A stretch of 64,000 bases of DNA, taken from positions 2,542,001-2,606,000 of the forward strand of contig CM082590.2 of NCBI GenBank assembly GCA_040954595.2. The letters run 5' to 3'. The notes under the pieces were generated by a model that was given only the letters and a program-made list of their open reading frames with translations, made no database searches and had not been told where the DNA came from. The first letter of the stretch is position 1. Each line of letters starts with the position of its first letter. A program made the translations under genes and the position numbers. Shown here piece by piece: positions 50,901 through 64,000 of the stretch. Origin of the DNA: Balanoglossus misakiensis (Eukaryota; Animalia; Hemichordata).

Positions 50901-53900
50901 AACGTTTCCACTAGACTCTGTAGATCGACGGATAGTTGTAAAATTTCCATGGTTGCTTCCAAACAGCCTCGTTTATTTACCGAATTCTGTTGTTAGGCGC
51001 AGAACACGTTATAGGCCTATGCGCATGAGAAAGTTTTCCACCAGACTCTGTAGATGGACTGATAGTTGTAAAATTTCCATGGTTGCTTCCAAACAGCCTC
51101 GTTTATTTACTGATTTCTGTTGTGAGGCGCAGAACACATGATAGGCCAATGCGCATAAGACATTTTTCCACTAGACTCTGTAGATCGACGGATAGTTGTA
51201 AAATTTCCATGGTTGCTTCCAAACAACCTCGTTTGTTTACGAATTCGGTTGTGATGCGCAGAACACATATATAGGCCTATGCGCATAAGAACGTTTTCCA
51301 CTAGACTCTGTAGATCGAGAGATAGTTCTAAAATTTCCATGGTTGCTTCCAAACAGCCTCGTTTATTTACCGAATTCTGTTGTGAGACGCAGAACACGTA
51401 ATAGGCCTATGCGCATAAGAAAGTTTTCCACCAGACTCCGTAGATCGACGGATAGTTGTAAAATTTCCATGGTTGCTTCCAAACAGCCTCGTTTATTTAC
51501 CGAATTCTGTTGTGAGGCGCAGAACACATAGATAGGCATATGTGCATAAGAAAGTTTTCCACTATAGACTCTGTAGATCGAGAGATAGTTCTAAAATGTC
51601 CATGGTTGCTACCAAACACAGCCTCGTTTGTTTACAAAATTCTGTTGTGATGCGCAGAACACATAGATAGGCCTATGCGCATATGAACGTTTTCCACCAT
51701 ACACTGTAGATCGAGAGATAGTTCTAAAACTTCCATGTTTGCTTCCAAACAGCCTCGTTTATTTGCGGAATTCTGTTTTGAGGCGCAGAACACATAGATA
51801 GGCATATGTGAATAAGAAAGTTTTCCACTATAGACTCTGTAGATCGAGAGATAGTTGTAAAATTTCCATGGTTGCTTCCAAACAGCCTCGTTTATTTACC
51901 GATTTCTGTTGTGAGGCGCAGAACACATAGATAGGCCTATGCGCATAAAAAACTTTTCAACTTTAGATCAACGGATAGTTCTAAAATTTCCATGGTTGTT
52001 TCCAAACAGCCTCGTTTATTTACCGAATTCTGTTGTGATGCGTAGAACACATACATATGCCTATGCGCATAAGAAAGTTTTCCACTAGACTCCGTAGATC
52101 GACGAATAGTTCTAAAATGTCCATGGTTGCTTCCAAACAAAGCCTGGTTTGTTTACAAAATTCTGTTGTGATGCGCAGAACACATAGATAGGCCTATGCG
52201 CATATGAACGTTTTCCACTATACTCTGTAGATCGAGAGATAGTTCTAAAATTTCCATGTTTGCTTCCAAACAGCCTCGTTTATTTACGGAATTCTGTTTT
52301 GAGGCGCAGAACACATAGATCGGCATATGTGCATAAGAAAGTTTTCCACTATAGACTCTGTAGATCGAGAGATAGTTCTAAAATGTCCATGGTTGCTTCC
52401 AAACACAGCCTCGTTTGTTTACAAAATTCTGTTGTGATGCGCAGAACACATATATAGGCCTATGCGCATAATAACGTTTTCCACTAGACTCTGTACATCG
52501 ACGGATAGTTGTAAAATTTCCATGGTTGCTTCCAAACAGCCTCGTTTATTTACCGAATTCTGTTGTAAGGCACAGAACACATAGATAGGCCTATGTGCAT
52601 AAGAAAGTTTTCCACTATAGACTCTGTAGATCGAGAGATAGTTCTAAAATGTCCATGGTTGCTTCCAAACACAGCCTCGTTTGTTTACAAAATTCTGTTG
52701 TGATGCGCAGAACACATATATAGGCCTATGCGCATAATAACGTTTTCCACTAGACTCTGTAGATCGACGGATAGTTGTAAAATTTCCATGGTTGCTTCCA
52801 AACAGCCTCGTTTATTTACGGAATTCTGTTGTGAGGCGCAGAACACATAGATAGGCCTATGTGCATAAGAATGTTTTCCACTATAGACTCTGTAGATCGA
52901 GAGATAGTTCTAAAATGTCCATGGTTGCTACCAAACACAGCCTCGTTTGTTTACAAAATTCTGTTGTGATGCGCAGAACACATATATAGGCCTATGCGCA
53001 TAAGAACGTTTCCACTAGACTCTGTAGATCGACGGATAGTTGTAAAATTTCCATGGTTGCTTCCAAACAGCCTCGTTTATTTACCGAATTCTGTTGTTAG
53101 GCGCAGAACACGTTATAGGCCTATGCGCATGAGAAAGTTTTCCACCAGACTCTGTAGATGGACTGATAGTTGTAAAATTTCCATGGTTGCTTCCAAACAG
53201 CCTCGTTTATTTACTGATTTCTGTTGTGAGGCGCAGAACACATGATAGGCCAATGCGCATAAGACATTTTTCCACTAGACTCTGTAGATCGACGGATAGT
53301 TGTAAAATTTCCATGGTTGCTTCCAAACAACCTCGTTTGTTTACGAATTCGGTTGTGATGCGCAGAACACATATATAGGCCTATGCGCATAAGAACGTTT
53401 TCCACTAGACTCTGTAGATCGAGAGATAGTTCTAAAATTTCCATGGTTGCTTCCAAACAGCCTCGTTTATTTACCGAATTCTGTTGTGAGACGCAGAACA
53501 CGTAATAGGCCTATGCGCATAAGAAAGTTTTCCACCAGACTCCGTAGATCGACGGATAGTTGTAAAATTTCCATGGTTGCTTCCAAACAGCCTCGTTTAT
53601 TTACCGAATTCTGTTGTGAGGCGCAGAACACATAGATAGGCATATGTGCATAAGAAAGTTTTCCACTATAGACTCTGTAGATCGAGAGATAGTTCTAAAA
53701 TGTCCATGGTTGCTACCAAACACAGCCTCGTTTGTTTACAAAATTCTGTTGTGATGCGCAGAACACATAGATAGGCCTATGCGCATATGAACGTTTTCCA
53801 CTATACACTGTAGATCGAGAGATAGTTCTAAAACTTCCATGTTTGCTTCCAAACAGCCTCGTTTATTTGCGGAATTCTGTTTTGAGGCGCAGAACACATA

Positions 53901-56900
53901 GATAGGCATATGTGAATAAGAAAGTTTTCCACTATAGACTCTGTAGATCGAGAGATAGTTGTAAAATTTCCATGGTTGCTTCCAAACAGCCTCGTTTATT
54001 TACCGATTTCTGTTGTGAGGCGCAGAACACATAGATAGGCCTATGCGCATAAAAAACTTTTCAACTTTAGATCAACGGATAGTTCTAAAATTTCCATGGT
54101 TGTTTCCAAACAGCCTCGTTTATTTACCGAATTCTGTTGTGATGCGTAGAACACATACATATGCCTATGCGCACAAGAAAGTTTTCCACTAGACTCCGTA
54201 GATCGACGAATAGTTCTAAAATGTCCATGGTTGCTTCCAAACAAAGCCTGGTTTGTTTACAAAATTCTGTTGTGATGCGCAGAACACATAGATAGGCCTA
54301 TGCGCATATGAACGTTTTCCACTATACTCTGTAGATCGAGAGATAGTTCTAAAATTTCCATGTTTGCTTCCAAACAGCCTCGTTTATTTACGGAATTCTG
54401 TTTTGAGGCGCAGAACACATAGATAGGCATATGTGCATAAGAAAGTTTTCCACTATAGACTCTGTACATCGAGAGATAGTTCTAAAATTTCCATGGTTGC
54501 TTCCAAACACAGCCTCGTTTGTTTACAAAATTCTGTTGTGATGCGCAGAACACATATATAGGCCTATGCGCATAAGAACGTTTTCCACTAGACTCTGTAG
54601 ATCGACGGATAGTTCTAAAATTTCCATGGTTGCTTCCAAACAGCCTCGTTTATTTACCGAATTCTGTTGTGAGGCACAGAACACATAGATAGGCCTATGT
54701 GCATAAGAAAGTTTTCCACTATAGACTCTGTAGATCGAGAGATAGTTCTAAAATGTCCATGGTTGCTTCCAAACACAGCCTCGTTTGTTTACAAAATTCT
54801 TTTGTGATGCGCAGAACACATATATAGGCCTATGCGCATAATAACGTTTTCCACTAGACTCTGTAGATCGACGGATAGTTGTAAAATTTCCATGGTTGCT
54901 TCCAAACAGCCTCGTTTATTTACCGAATTCTGTTGTGAGGCGCAGAACACATAGATAGGCATATGTGCATAAGAAAGTTTTCCACTATAGACTCTGTAGA
55001 TCGAGAGATAGTTCTAAAATGTCCATGGTTGCTACCAAACACAGCCTCGTTTGTTTACAAAATTCTGTTGTGATGCGCAGAACACATATATAGGCCTATG
55101 CGCATATGAACGTTTTCCACTATACTCTGTAGATCGAGAGATAGTTCTAAAATTTCCATGTTTGCTTCCAAACAGCCTCGTTTATTTACGGAATTCTGTT
55201 TTGAGGCGCAGAACACATAGATAGGCATATGTGCATAAGAAAGTTTTCCACTATAGACTCTGTACATCGAGAGATAGTTCTAAAATTTCCATGGTTGCTT
55301 CCAAACACAGCCTCGTTTGTTTACAAAATTCTGTTGTGATGCGCAGAACACATATATAGGCCTATGCGCATAAGAACGTTTTCCACTAGACTCTGTAGAT
55401 CGACGGATAGTTGTAAAATTTCCATGGTTGCTTCCAAACAGCCTCGTTTATTTACCGAATTCTGTTGTGAGGCACAGAACACATAGATAGGCCTATGTGC
55501 ATAAGAAAGTTTTCCACTATAGACTCTGTAGATCGAGAGATAGTTCTAAAATGTCCATGGTTGCTTCCAAACACAGCCTCGTTTGTTTACAAAATTCTTT
55601 TGTGATGCGCAGAACACATATATAGGCCTATGCGCATAAGAACGTTTTCCACTAGACTCTGTAGATCGACGGATAGTTGTAAAATTTCCATGGTTGCTTC
55701 CAAACAGCCTCGTTTATTTACCGAATTCTGTTGTGAGGCGCAGAACACATAGATAGGCCTATGTGCATAAGAAAGTTTTCCACTATAGACTCTGTAGATC
55801 GAGAGATAGTTCTAAAATGTCCATGGTTGCTACCAAACACAGCCTCGTTTGTTTACAAAATTCTGTTGTGATGCGCAGAACACATATATAGGCCTATGCG
55901 CATAAGAACGTTTTCCACTAGACTCTGTAGATCGACGGATAGCTGTAAAATTTCCATGGTTGCTTCCAAACAGCCTCGTTTATTTACCGATTTCTGTTGT
56001 GAGGCGCAGAACACATGATAGGCCTATGCGCATGAGACATTTTTCCACTAGACTCTGTAGATCGACGGATAGTTGTAAAATTTCATGGTTGCTTCCAAAT
56101 ACAGCCTCGTTTATTTACCGATTTCTGTTGTGAGGCGCAGAACACATAGATAGGCCTATGTGCATAAGAAAGTTTTCCACTATAGACTCTGTAGATCGAG
56201 AGATAGTTCTAAAATGTCCATGGTTGCTTCCAAACACAGCCTCGTTTGTTTACAAAATTCTGTTGTGATGCGCAGAACACATATATAGGCCTATGCGCAT
56301 AATAACGTTTTCCACTAGACTCTGTAGATCGACGGATAGTTGTAAAATTTCCATGGTTGCTTCCAAACAGCCTCGTTTATTTACCGAATTCTGTTGTGAG
56401 GCGCAGAACACATAGATAGGCATATGTGCATAAGAAAGTTTTTCACTATAGACTCTGTAGATCGAGAGATAGTTCTAAAATGTCCATGGTTGCTACCAAA
56501 CACAGCCTCGTTTGTTTACAAAATTCTGTTGTGATGCGCAGAACACATATATAGGCCTATGCGCATAAGAACGTTTCCACTAGACTCTGTAGATCGACGG
56601 ATTGCTGTAAAATTTCATGGTTGCTTCCAAATACAGCCTCGTTTATTTACCGATTTCTGTTGTGATGCGCATAACACATAGATAGGCCTATGCGCATAAG
56701 AACGTTTTACACTAGACTCTGTAGATCGACGGATAGTTGTACAATTTCCATGGTTGCTTCCAAACATCTTCGTTTATTTACCGATTTCTGTTGTGAGGCG
56801 CAGAACACATGATAGGCCTATGCGCATGAGACATTTTTCCACTAGACTCTGTAGATCGACGGATAGTTCTAAAAGTTCCATGGTTGCTTCCAAACAGCCT

Positions 56901-59900
56901 CGTTTATTTACCGAATTCTGTTGTGAGGCGCAGAGCACGTAATAGGCCTATGCGCATAAGAAAGTTTTCCACCAGACTCTGTAGATCGACGGATAGTTGT
57001 AAAATTTCCATGGTTGCTTCCAAACAGCCTCGTTTATTTACCGATTTCTAATGTGATGCGCAGAACACATAGATAGGCATATGTGCATAATAAAGTTTTC
57101 CACTAGACTCTGTAGATCGAGAGATAGTTCTAAAATTTCCATGGTTGCTTCCAAACACAGCCTCGTTTGTTTACAAAATTCTGTTGTGATGCGCAGAACA
57201 CATATATAGGCCTATGCGCATAATAACGTTTTCCACTAGACTCTGTAGATCGACGGATAGTTGTAAAATTTCCATGGTTGCTTCCAAACAGCCTCGTTTA
57301 TTTACCGAATTCTGTTGTGAGGCGCAGAACACATAGATAGGCATATGTGCATAAGAAAGTTTTCCACTATAGACTCTGTAGATCGAGAGATAGTTCTAAA
57401 ATGTCCATGGTTGCTACCAAACACAGCCTCGTTTGTTTACAAAATTCTGTTGTGATGCGCAGAACACATATATAGGCCTATGCGCATATGAACGTTTTCC
57501 ACTATACTCTGTAGATCGAGAGATAGTTCTAAAATTTCCATGTTTGCTTCCAAACAGCCTCGTTTATTTACGGAATTCTGTTTTGAGGCGCAGAACACAT
57601 AGATAGGCATATGTGCATAAGAAAGTTTTCCACTATAGACTCTGTACATCGAGAGATAGTTCTAAAATTTCCATGGTTGCTTCCAAACACAGCCTCGTTT
57701 GTTTACAAAATTCTGTTGTGATGCGCAGAACACATATATAGGCCTATGCGCATAAGAACGTTTTCCACTAGACTCTGTAGATCGACGGATAGTTCTAAAA
57801 TTTCCATGGTTGCTTCCAAACACAGCCTCGTTTGTTTACAAAATTCTGTTGTGATGCGCAGAACACATATATAGGCCTATGCGCATAAGAACGTTTTCCA
57901 CTAGACTCTGTAGATCGACGGATAGTTGTAAAATTTCCATGGTTGCTTCCAAACAGCCTCGTTTATTTACCGAATTCTGTTGTGAGGCACAGAACACATA
58001 GATAGGCCTATGTGCATAAGAAAGTTTTCCACTATAGACTCTGTAGATCGAGAGATAGTTCTAAAATGTCCATGGTTGCTTCCAAACACAGCCTCGTTTG
58101 TTTACAAAATTCTGTTGTGATGCGCAGAACACATATATAGGCCTATGCGCATAATAACGTTTTCCACTAGACTCTGTAGATCGACGGATAGTTGTAAAAT
58201 TTCCATGGTTGCTTCCAAACAGCCTCGTTTATTTACCGAATTCTGTTGTGAGGCGCAGAACACATAGATAGGCATATGTGCATAAGAAAGTTTTCCACTA
58301 TAGACTCTGTAGATCGAGAGATAGTTCTAAAATGTCCATGGTTGCTACCAAACACAGCCTCGTTTGTTTACAAAATTCTGTTGTGATGCGCAGAACACAT
58401 ATATAGGCCTATGCGCATAAGAACGTTTCCACTAGACTCTGTAGATCGACGGATAGCTGTAAAATTTCCATGGTTGCTTCCAAACAGCCTCGTTTATTTA
58501 CCGATTTCTGTTGTGAGGCGCAGAACACATGATAGGCCTATGCGCATGAGACATTTTTCCACTAGACTCTGTAGATCGACGGATAGTTGTAAAATTTCAT
58601 GGTTGCTTCCAAATACAGCCTCGTTTATTTACCGATTTCTGTTGTGAGGCGCAGAACACATAGATAGGCCTATGTGCATAAGAAAGTTTTCCACTATAGA
58701 CTCTGTAGATCGAGAGATAGTTCTAAAATGTCCATGGTTGCTTCCAAACACAGCCTCGTTTGTTTACAAAATTCTGTTGTGATGCGCAGAACACATATAT
58801 AGGCCTATGCGCATAATAACGTTTTCCACTAGACTCTGTAGATCGACGGATAGTTGTAAAATTTCCATGGTTGCTTCCAAACAGCCTCGTTTATTTACCG
58901 AATTCTGTTGTGAGGCGCAGAACACATAGATAGGCATATGTGCATAAGAAAGTTTTCCACTATAGACTCTGTAGATCGAGAGATAGTTCTAAAATGTCCA
59001 TGGTTGCTACCAAACACAGCCTCGTTTGTTTACAAAATTCTGTTGTGATGCGCAGAACACATATATAGGCCTATGCGCATAAGAACGTTTCCACTAGACT
59101 CTGTAGATCGACGGATTGCTGTAAAATTTCATGGTTGCTTCCAAATACAGCCTCGTTTATTTACCGATTTCTGTTGTGATGCGCATAACACATAGATAGG
59201 CCTATGCGCATAAGAACGTTTTACACTAGACTCTGTAGATCGACGGATAGTTGTACAATTTCCATGGTTGCTTCCAAACATCTTCGTTTATTTACCGATT
59301 TCTGTTGTGAGGCGCAGAACACATGATAGGCCTATGCGCATGAGACATTTTTCCACTAGACTCTGTCGATCGACGGATAGTTCTAAAAGTTCCATGGTTG
59401 CTTCCAAACAGCCTCGTTTATTTACCGAATTCTGTTGTGAGGCGCAGAGCACGTAATAGGCCTATGCGCATAAGAAAGTTTTCCACCAGACTCTGTAGAT
59501 CGACGGATAGTTGTAAAATTTCCATGGTTGCTTCCAAACAGCCTCGTTTATTTACCGATTTCTAATGTGATGCGCAGAACACATAGATAGGCCTATGTGC
59601 ATAAGAAAGTTTTCCACTATAGACTCTGTAGATCGAGAGATAGTTCTAAAATGTCCATGGTTGCTTCCAAACACAGCCTCGTTTGTTTACAAAATTCTGT
59701 TGTGATGCGCAGAACACATATATAGGCCTATGCGCATAATAACGTTTTCCACTAGACTCTGTAGATCGACGGATAGTTGTAAAATTTCCATGGTTGCTTC
59801 CAAACAGCCTCGTTTATTTACCGAATTCTGTTGTGAGGCGCAGAACACATAGATAGGCATATGTGCATAAGAAAGTTTTTCACTATAGACTCTGTAGATC

Positions 59901-62900
59901 GAGAGATAGTTCTAAAATGTCCATGGTTGCTACCAAACACAGCCTCGTTTGTTTACAAAATTCTGTTGTGATGCGCAGAACACATATATAGGCCTATGCG
60001 CATAAGAACGTTTCCACTAGACTCTGTAGATCGACGGATTGCTGTAAAATTTCATGGTTGCTTCCAAATACAGCCTCGTTTATTTACCGATTTCTGTTGT
60101 GATGCGCATAACACATAGATAGGCCTATGCGCATAAGAACGTTTTACACTAGACTCTGTAGATCGACGGATAGTTGTACAATTTCCATGGTTGCTTCCAA
60201 ACATCTTCGTTTATTTACCGATTTCTGTTGTGAGGCGCAGAACACATGATAGGCCTATGCGCATGAGACATTTTTCCACTAGACTCTGTAGATCGACGGA
60301 TAGTTCTAAAAGTTCCATGGTTGCTTCCAAACAGCCTCGTTTATTTACCGAATTCTGTTGTGAGGCGCAGAGCACGTAATAGGCCTATGCGCATAAGAAA
60401 GTTTTCCACCAGACTCTGTAGATCGACGGATAGTTGTAAAATTTCCATGGTTGCTTCCAAACAGCCTCGTTTATTTACCGATTTCTAATGTGATGCGCAG
60501 AACACATAGATAGGCATATGTGCATAATAAAGTTTTCCACTAGACTCTGTAGATCGAGAGATAGTTCTAAAATTTCCATGGTTGCTTCCAAACACAGCCT
60601 CGTTTGTTTACAAAATTCTGTTGTGATGCGCAGAACACATATATAGGCCTATGCGCATAATAACGTTTTCCACTAGACTCTGTAGATCGACGGATAGTTC
60701 TAAAATGTCCATGGTTGCTTCCAAACACAGCCTCGTTTGTTTACAAAATTCTGTTGTGATGCGCAGAACACATATATAGGCCTATGCGCATAAGAACGTT
60801 TTCCACTAGACTCTGTAGATCGACGGATAGTTCTAAAATTTCCATGGTTGCTTCCAAACAGCCTCGTTTATTTACCGAATTCTGTTGTGAGGCACAGAAC
60901 ACATAGATAGGCCTATGTGCATAAGAAAGTTTTCCACTATAGACTCTGTAGATCGAGAGATAGTTCTAAAATGTCCATGGTTGCTTCCAAACACAGCCTC
61001 GTTTGTTTACAAAATTCTTTTGTGATGCGCAGAACACATATATAGGCCTATGCGCATAATAACGTTTTCCACTAGACTCTGTAGATCGACGGATAGTTGT
61101 AAAATTTCCATGGTTGCTTCCAAACAGCCTCGTTTATTTACCGAATTCTGTTGTGAGGCGCAGAACACATAGATAGGCATATGTGCATAAGAAAGTTTTC
61201 CACTATAGACTCTGTAGATCGAGAGATAGTTCTAAAATGTCCATGGTTGCTACCAAACACAGCCTCGTTTGTTTACAAAATTCTGTTGTGATGCGCAGAA
61301 CACATATATAGGCCTATGCGCATATGAACGTTTTCCACTATACTCTGTAGATCGAGAGATAGTTCTAAAATTTCCATGTTTGCTTCCAAACAGCCTCGTT
61401 TATTTACGGAATTCTGTTTTGAGGCGCAGAACACATAGATAGGCATATGTGCATAAGAAAGTTTTCCACTATAGACTCTGTACATCGAGAGATAGTTCTA
61501 AAATTTCCATGGTTGCTTCCAAACACAGCCTCGTTTGTTTACAAAATTCTGTTGTGATGCGCAGAACACATATATAAGCCTATGCGCATAAGAACGTTTT
61601 CCACTAGACTCTGTAGATCGACGGATAGTTCTAAAATTTCCATGGTTGCTTCCAAACAGCCTCGTTTATTTACCGAATTCTGTTGTGAGGCACAGAACAC
61701 ATAGATAGGCCTATGTGCATAAGAAAGTTTTCCACTATAGACTCTGTAGATCGAGAGATAGTTCTAAAATGTCCATGGTTGCTTCCAAACACAGCCTCGT
61801 TTGTTTACAAAATTCTTTTGTGATGCGCAGAACACATATATAGGCCTATGCGCATAATAACGTTTTCCACTAGACTCTGTAGATCGACGGATAGTTGTAA
61901 AATTTCCATGGTTGCTTCCAAACAGCCTCGTTTATTTACCGAATTCTGTTGTGAGGCGCAGAACACATAGATAGGCATATGTGCATAAGAAAGTTTTCCA
62001 CTATAGACTCTGTAGATCGAGAGATAGTTCTAAAATGTCCATGGTTGCTACCAAACACAGCCTCGTTTGTTTACAAAATTCTGTTGTGATGCGCAGAACA
62101 CATATATAGGCCTATGCGCATATGAACGTTTTCCACTATACTCTGTAGATCGAGAGATAGTTCTAAAATTTCCATGTTTGCTTCCAAACAGCCTCGTTTA
62201 TTTACGGAATTCTGTTTTGAGGCGCAGAACACATAGATAGGCATATGTGCATAAGAAAGTTTTCCACTATAGACTCTGTACATCGAGAGATAGTTCTAAA
62301 ATTTCCATGGTTGCTTCCAAACACAGCCTCGTTTGTTTACAAAATTCTGTTGTGATGCGCAGAACACATATATAGGCCTATGCGCATAAGAACGTTTTCC
62401 ACTAGACTCTGTAGATCGACGGATAGTTCTAAAATTTCCATGGTTGCTTCCAAACACAGCCTCGTTTGTTTACAAAATTCTGTTGTGATGCGCAGAACAC
62501 ATATATAGGCCTATGCGCATAAGAACGTTTTCCACTAGACTCTGTAGATCGACGGATAGTTGTAAAATTTCCATGGTTGCTTCCAAACAGCCTCGTTTAT
62601 TTACCGAATTCTGTTGTGAGGCACAGAACACATAGATAGGCCTATGTGCATAAGAAAGTTTTCCACTATAGACTCTGTAGATCGAGAGATAGTTCTAAAA
62701 TGTCCATGGTTGCTTCCAAACACAGCCTCGTTTGTTTACAAAATTCTGTTGTGATGCGCAGAACACATATATAGGCCTATGCGCATAATAACGTTTTCCA
62801 CTAGACTCTGTAGATCGACGGATAGTTGTAAAATTTCCATGGTTGCTTCCAAACAGCCTCGTTTATTTACCGAATTCTGTTGTGAGGCGCAGAACACATA

Positions 62901-64000
62901 GATAGGCATATGTGCATAAGAAAGTTTTCCACTATAGACTCTGTAGATCGAGAGATAGTTCTAAAATGTCCATGGTTGCTACCAAACACAGCCTCGTTTG
63001 TTTACAAAATTCTGTTGTGATGCGCAGAACACATATATAGGCCTATGCGCATAAGAACGTTTCCACTAGACTCTGTAGATCGACGGATAGCTGTAAAATT
63101 TCCATGGTTGCTTCCAAACAGCCTCGTTTATTTACCGATTTCTGTTGTGAGGCGCAGAACACATGATAGGCCTATGCGCATGAGACATTTTTCCACTAGA
63201 CTCTGTAGATCGACGGATAGTTGTAAAATTTCATGGTTGCTTCCAAATACAGCCTCGTTTATTTACCGATTTCTGTTGTGAGGCGCAGAACACATAGATA
63301 GGCCTATGTGCATAAGAAAGTTTTCCACTATAGACTCTGTAGATCGAGAGATAGTTCTAAAATGTCCATGGTTGCTTCCAAACACAGCCTCGTTTGTTTA
63401 CAAAATTCTGTTGTGATGCGCAGAACACATATATAGGCCTATGCGCATAATAACGTTTTCCACTAGACTCTGTAGATCGACGGATAGTTGTAAAATTTCC
63501 ATGGTTGCTTCCAAACAGCCTCGTTTATTTACCGAATTCTGTTGTGAGGCGCAGAACACATAGATAGGCATATGTGCATAAGAAAGTTTTCCACTATAGA
63601 CTCTGTAGATCGAGAGATAGTTCTAAAATGTCCATGGTTGCTACCAAACACAGCCTCGTTTGTTTACAAAATTCTGTTGTGATGCGCAGAACACATATAT
63701 AGGCCTATGCGCATAAGAACGTTTCCACTAGACTCTGTAGATCGACGGATTGCTGTAAAATTTCATGGTTGCTTCCAAATACAGCCTCGTTTATTTACCG
63801 ATTTCTGTTGTGATGCGCATAACACATAGATAGGCCTATGCGCATAAGAACGTTTTACACTAGACTCTGTAGATCGACGGATAGTTGTACAATTTCCATG
63901 GTTGCTTCCAAACATCTTCGTTTATTTACCGATTTCTGTTGTGAGGCGCATAACACATGATAGGCCTATGCGCATGAGACATTTTTCCACTAGACTCTGT
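32909..64000 (+). repeat. Satellite DNA array, 130-134 bp monomer, ~235 copies in window, with higher-order repeats; runs off the window end
   Basis: Uninterrupted head-to-tail unit ...gcgcagaacaca(t/ta)gataggcctatgcgcataagaaagttttccactagactctgtagatcgacggatagttctaaaatttccatggttgcttccaaacagcctcgtttatttaccgaattctgttgtga. The repeating ORF starts show 130-bp spacing (34306/34436). Confidence 0.98.

Noticed and set aside
32816-63281. Dozens of recurring 62-127 aa ORFs (MLPNSLVYLP...)
   Set aside because: Translation artefacts of the satellite: monomer lengths are mostly not multiples of three and stops recur.
32909-64000. CRISPR array
   Set aside because: No unique spacers (the whole unit repeats), no cas genes, and the context is eukaryotic.

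Overview
AT-rich eukaryotic DNA, most likely from a marine invertebrate (inferred from the repeat landscape and spliceosomal introns). Bases 1 to ~32.9 kb hold a decayed minus-strand multi-exon gene. Its 5' exons match the MED25 von Willebrand A (VWA) domain, and its 3' exons are Q-rich with an LxxLL motif like a MED25 tail. In the middle, where MED25's ACID domain would be, lie four calcium-binding EGF (cbEGF) exons in compatible splice phases. One intron contains an ~11 kb Academ-type DNA transposon (32-bp TIRs, TACA target-site duplication). Its broken ORF carries DDE transposase motifs, an XPG/FEN1-like nuclease, a Cys-rich CXC domain and an unexpected OTU-like protease domain. This element holds further insertions: a 5'-truncated Tx1/L1-like LINE, a TTAA-flanked MITE, an L2-like fragment and a microsatellite-bearing repeat. 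Many small MITEs and foldback repeats fill the other introns. From 32909 to the window end is a ~31 kb satellite of 130-134 bp monomers with layered higher-order structure. All family assignments come from motif recognition by eye; no database searches were run.
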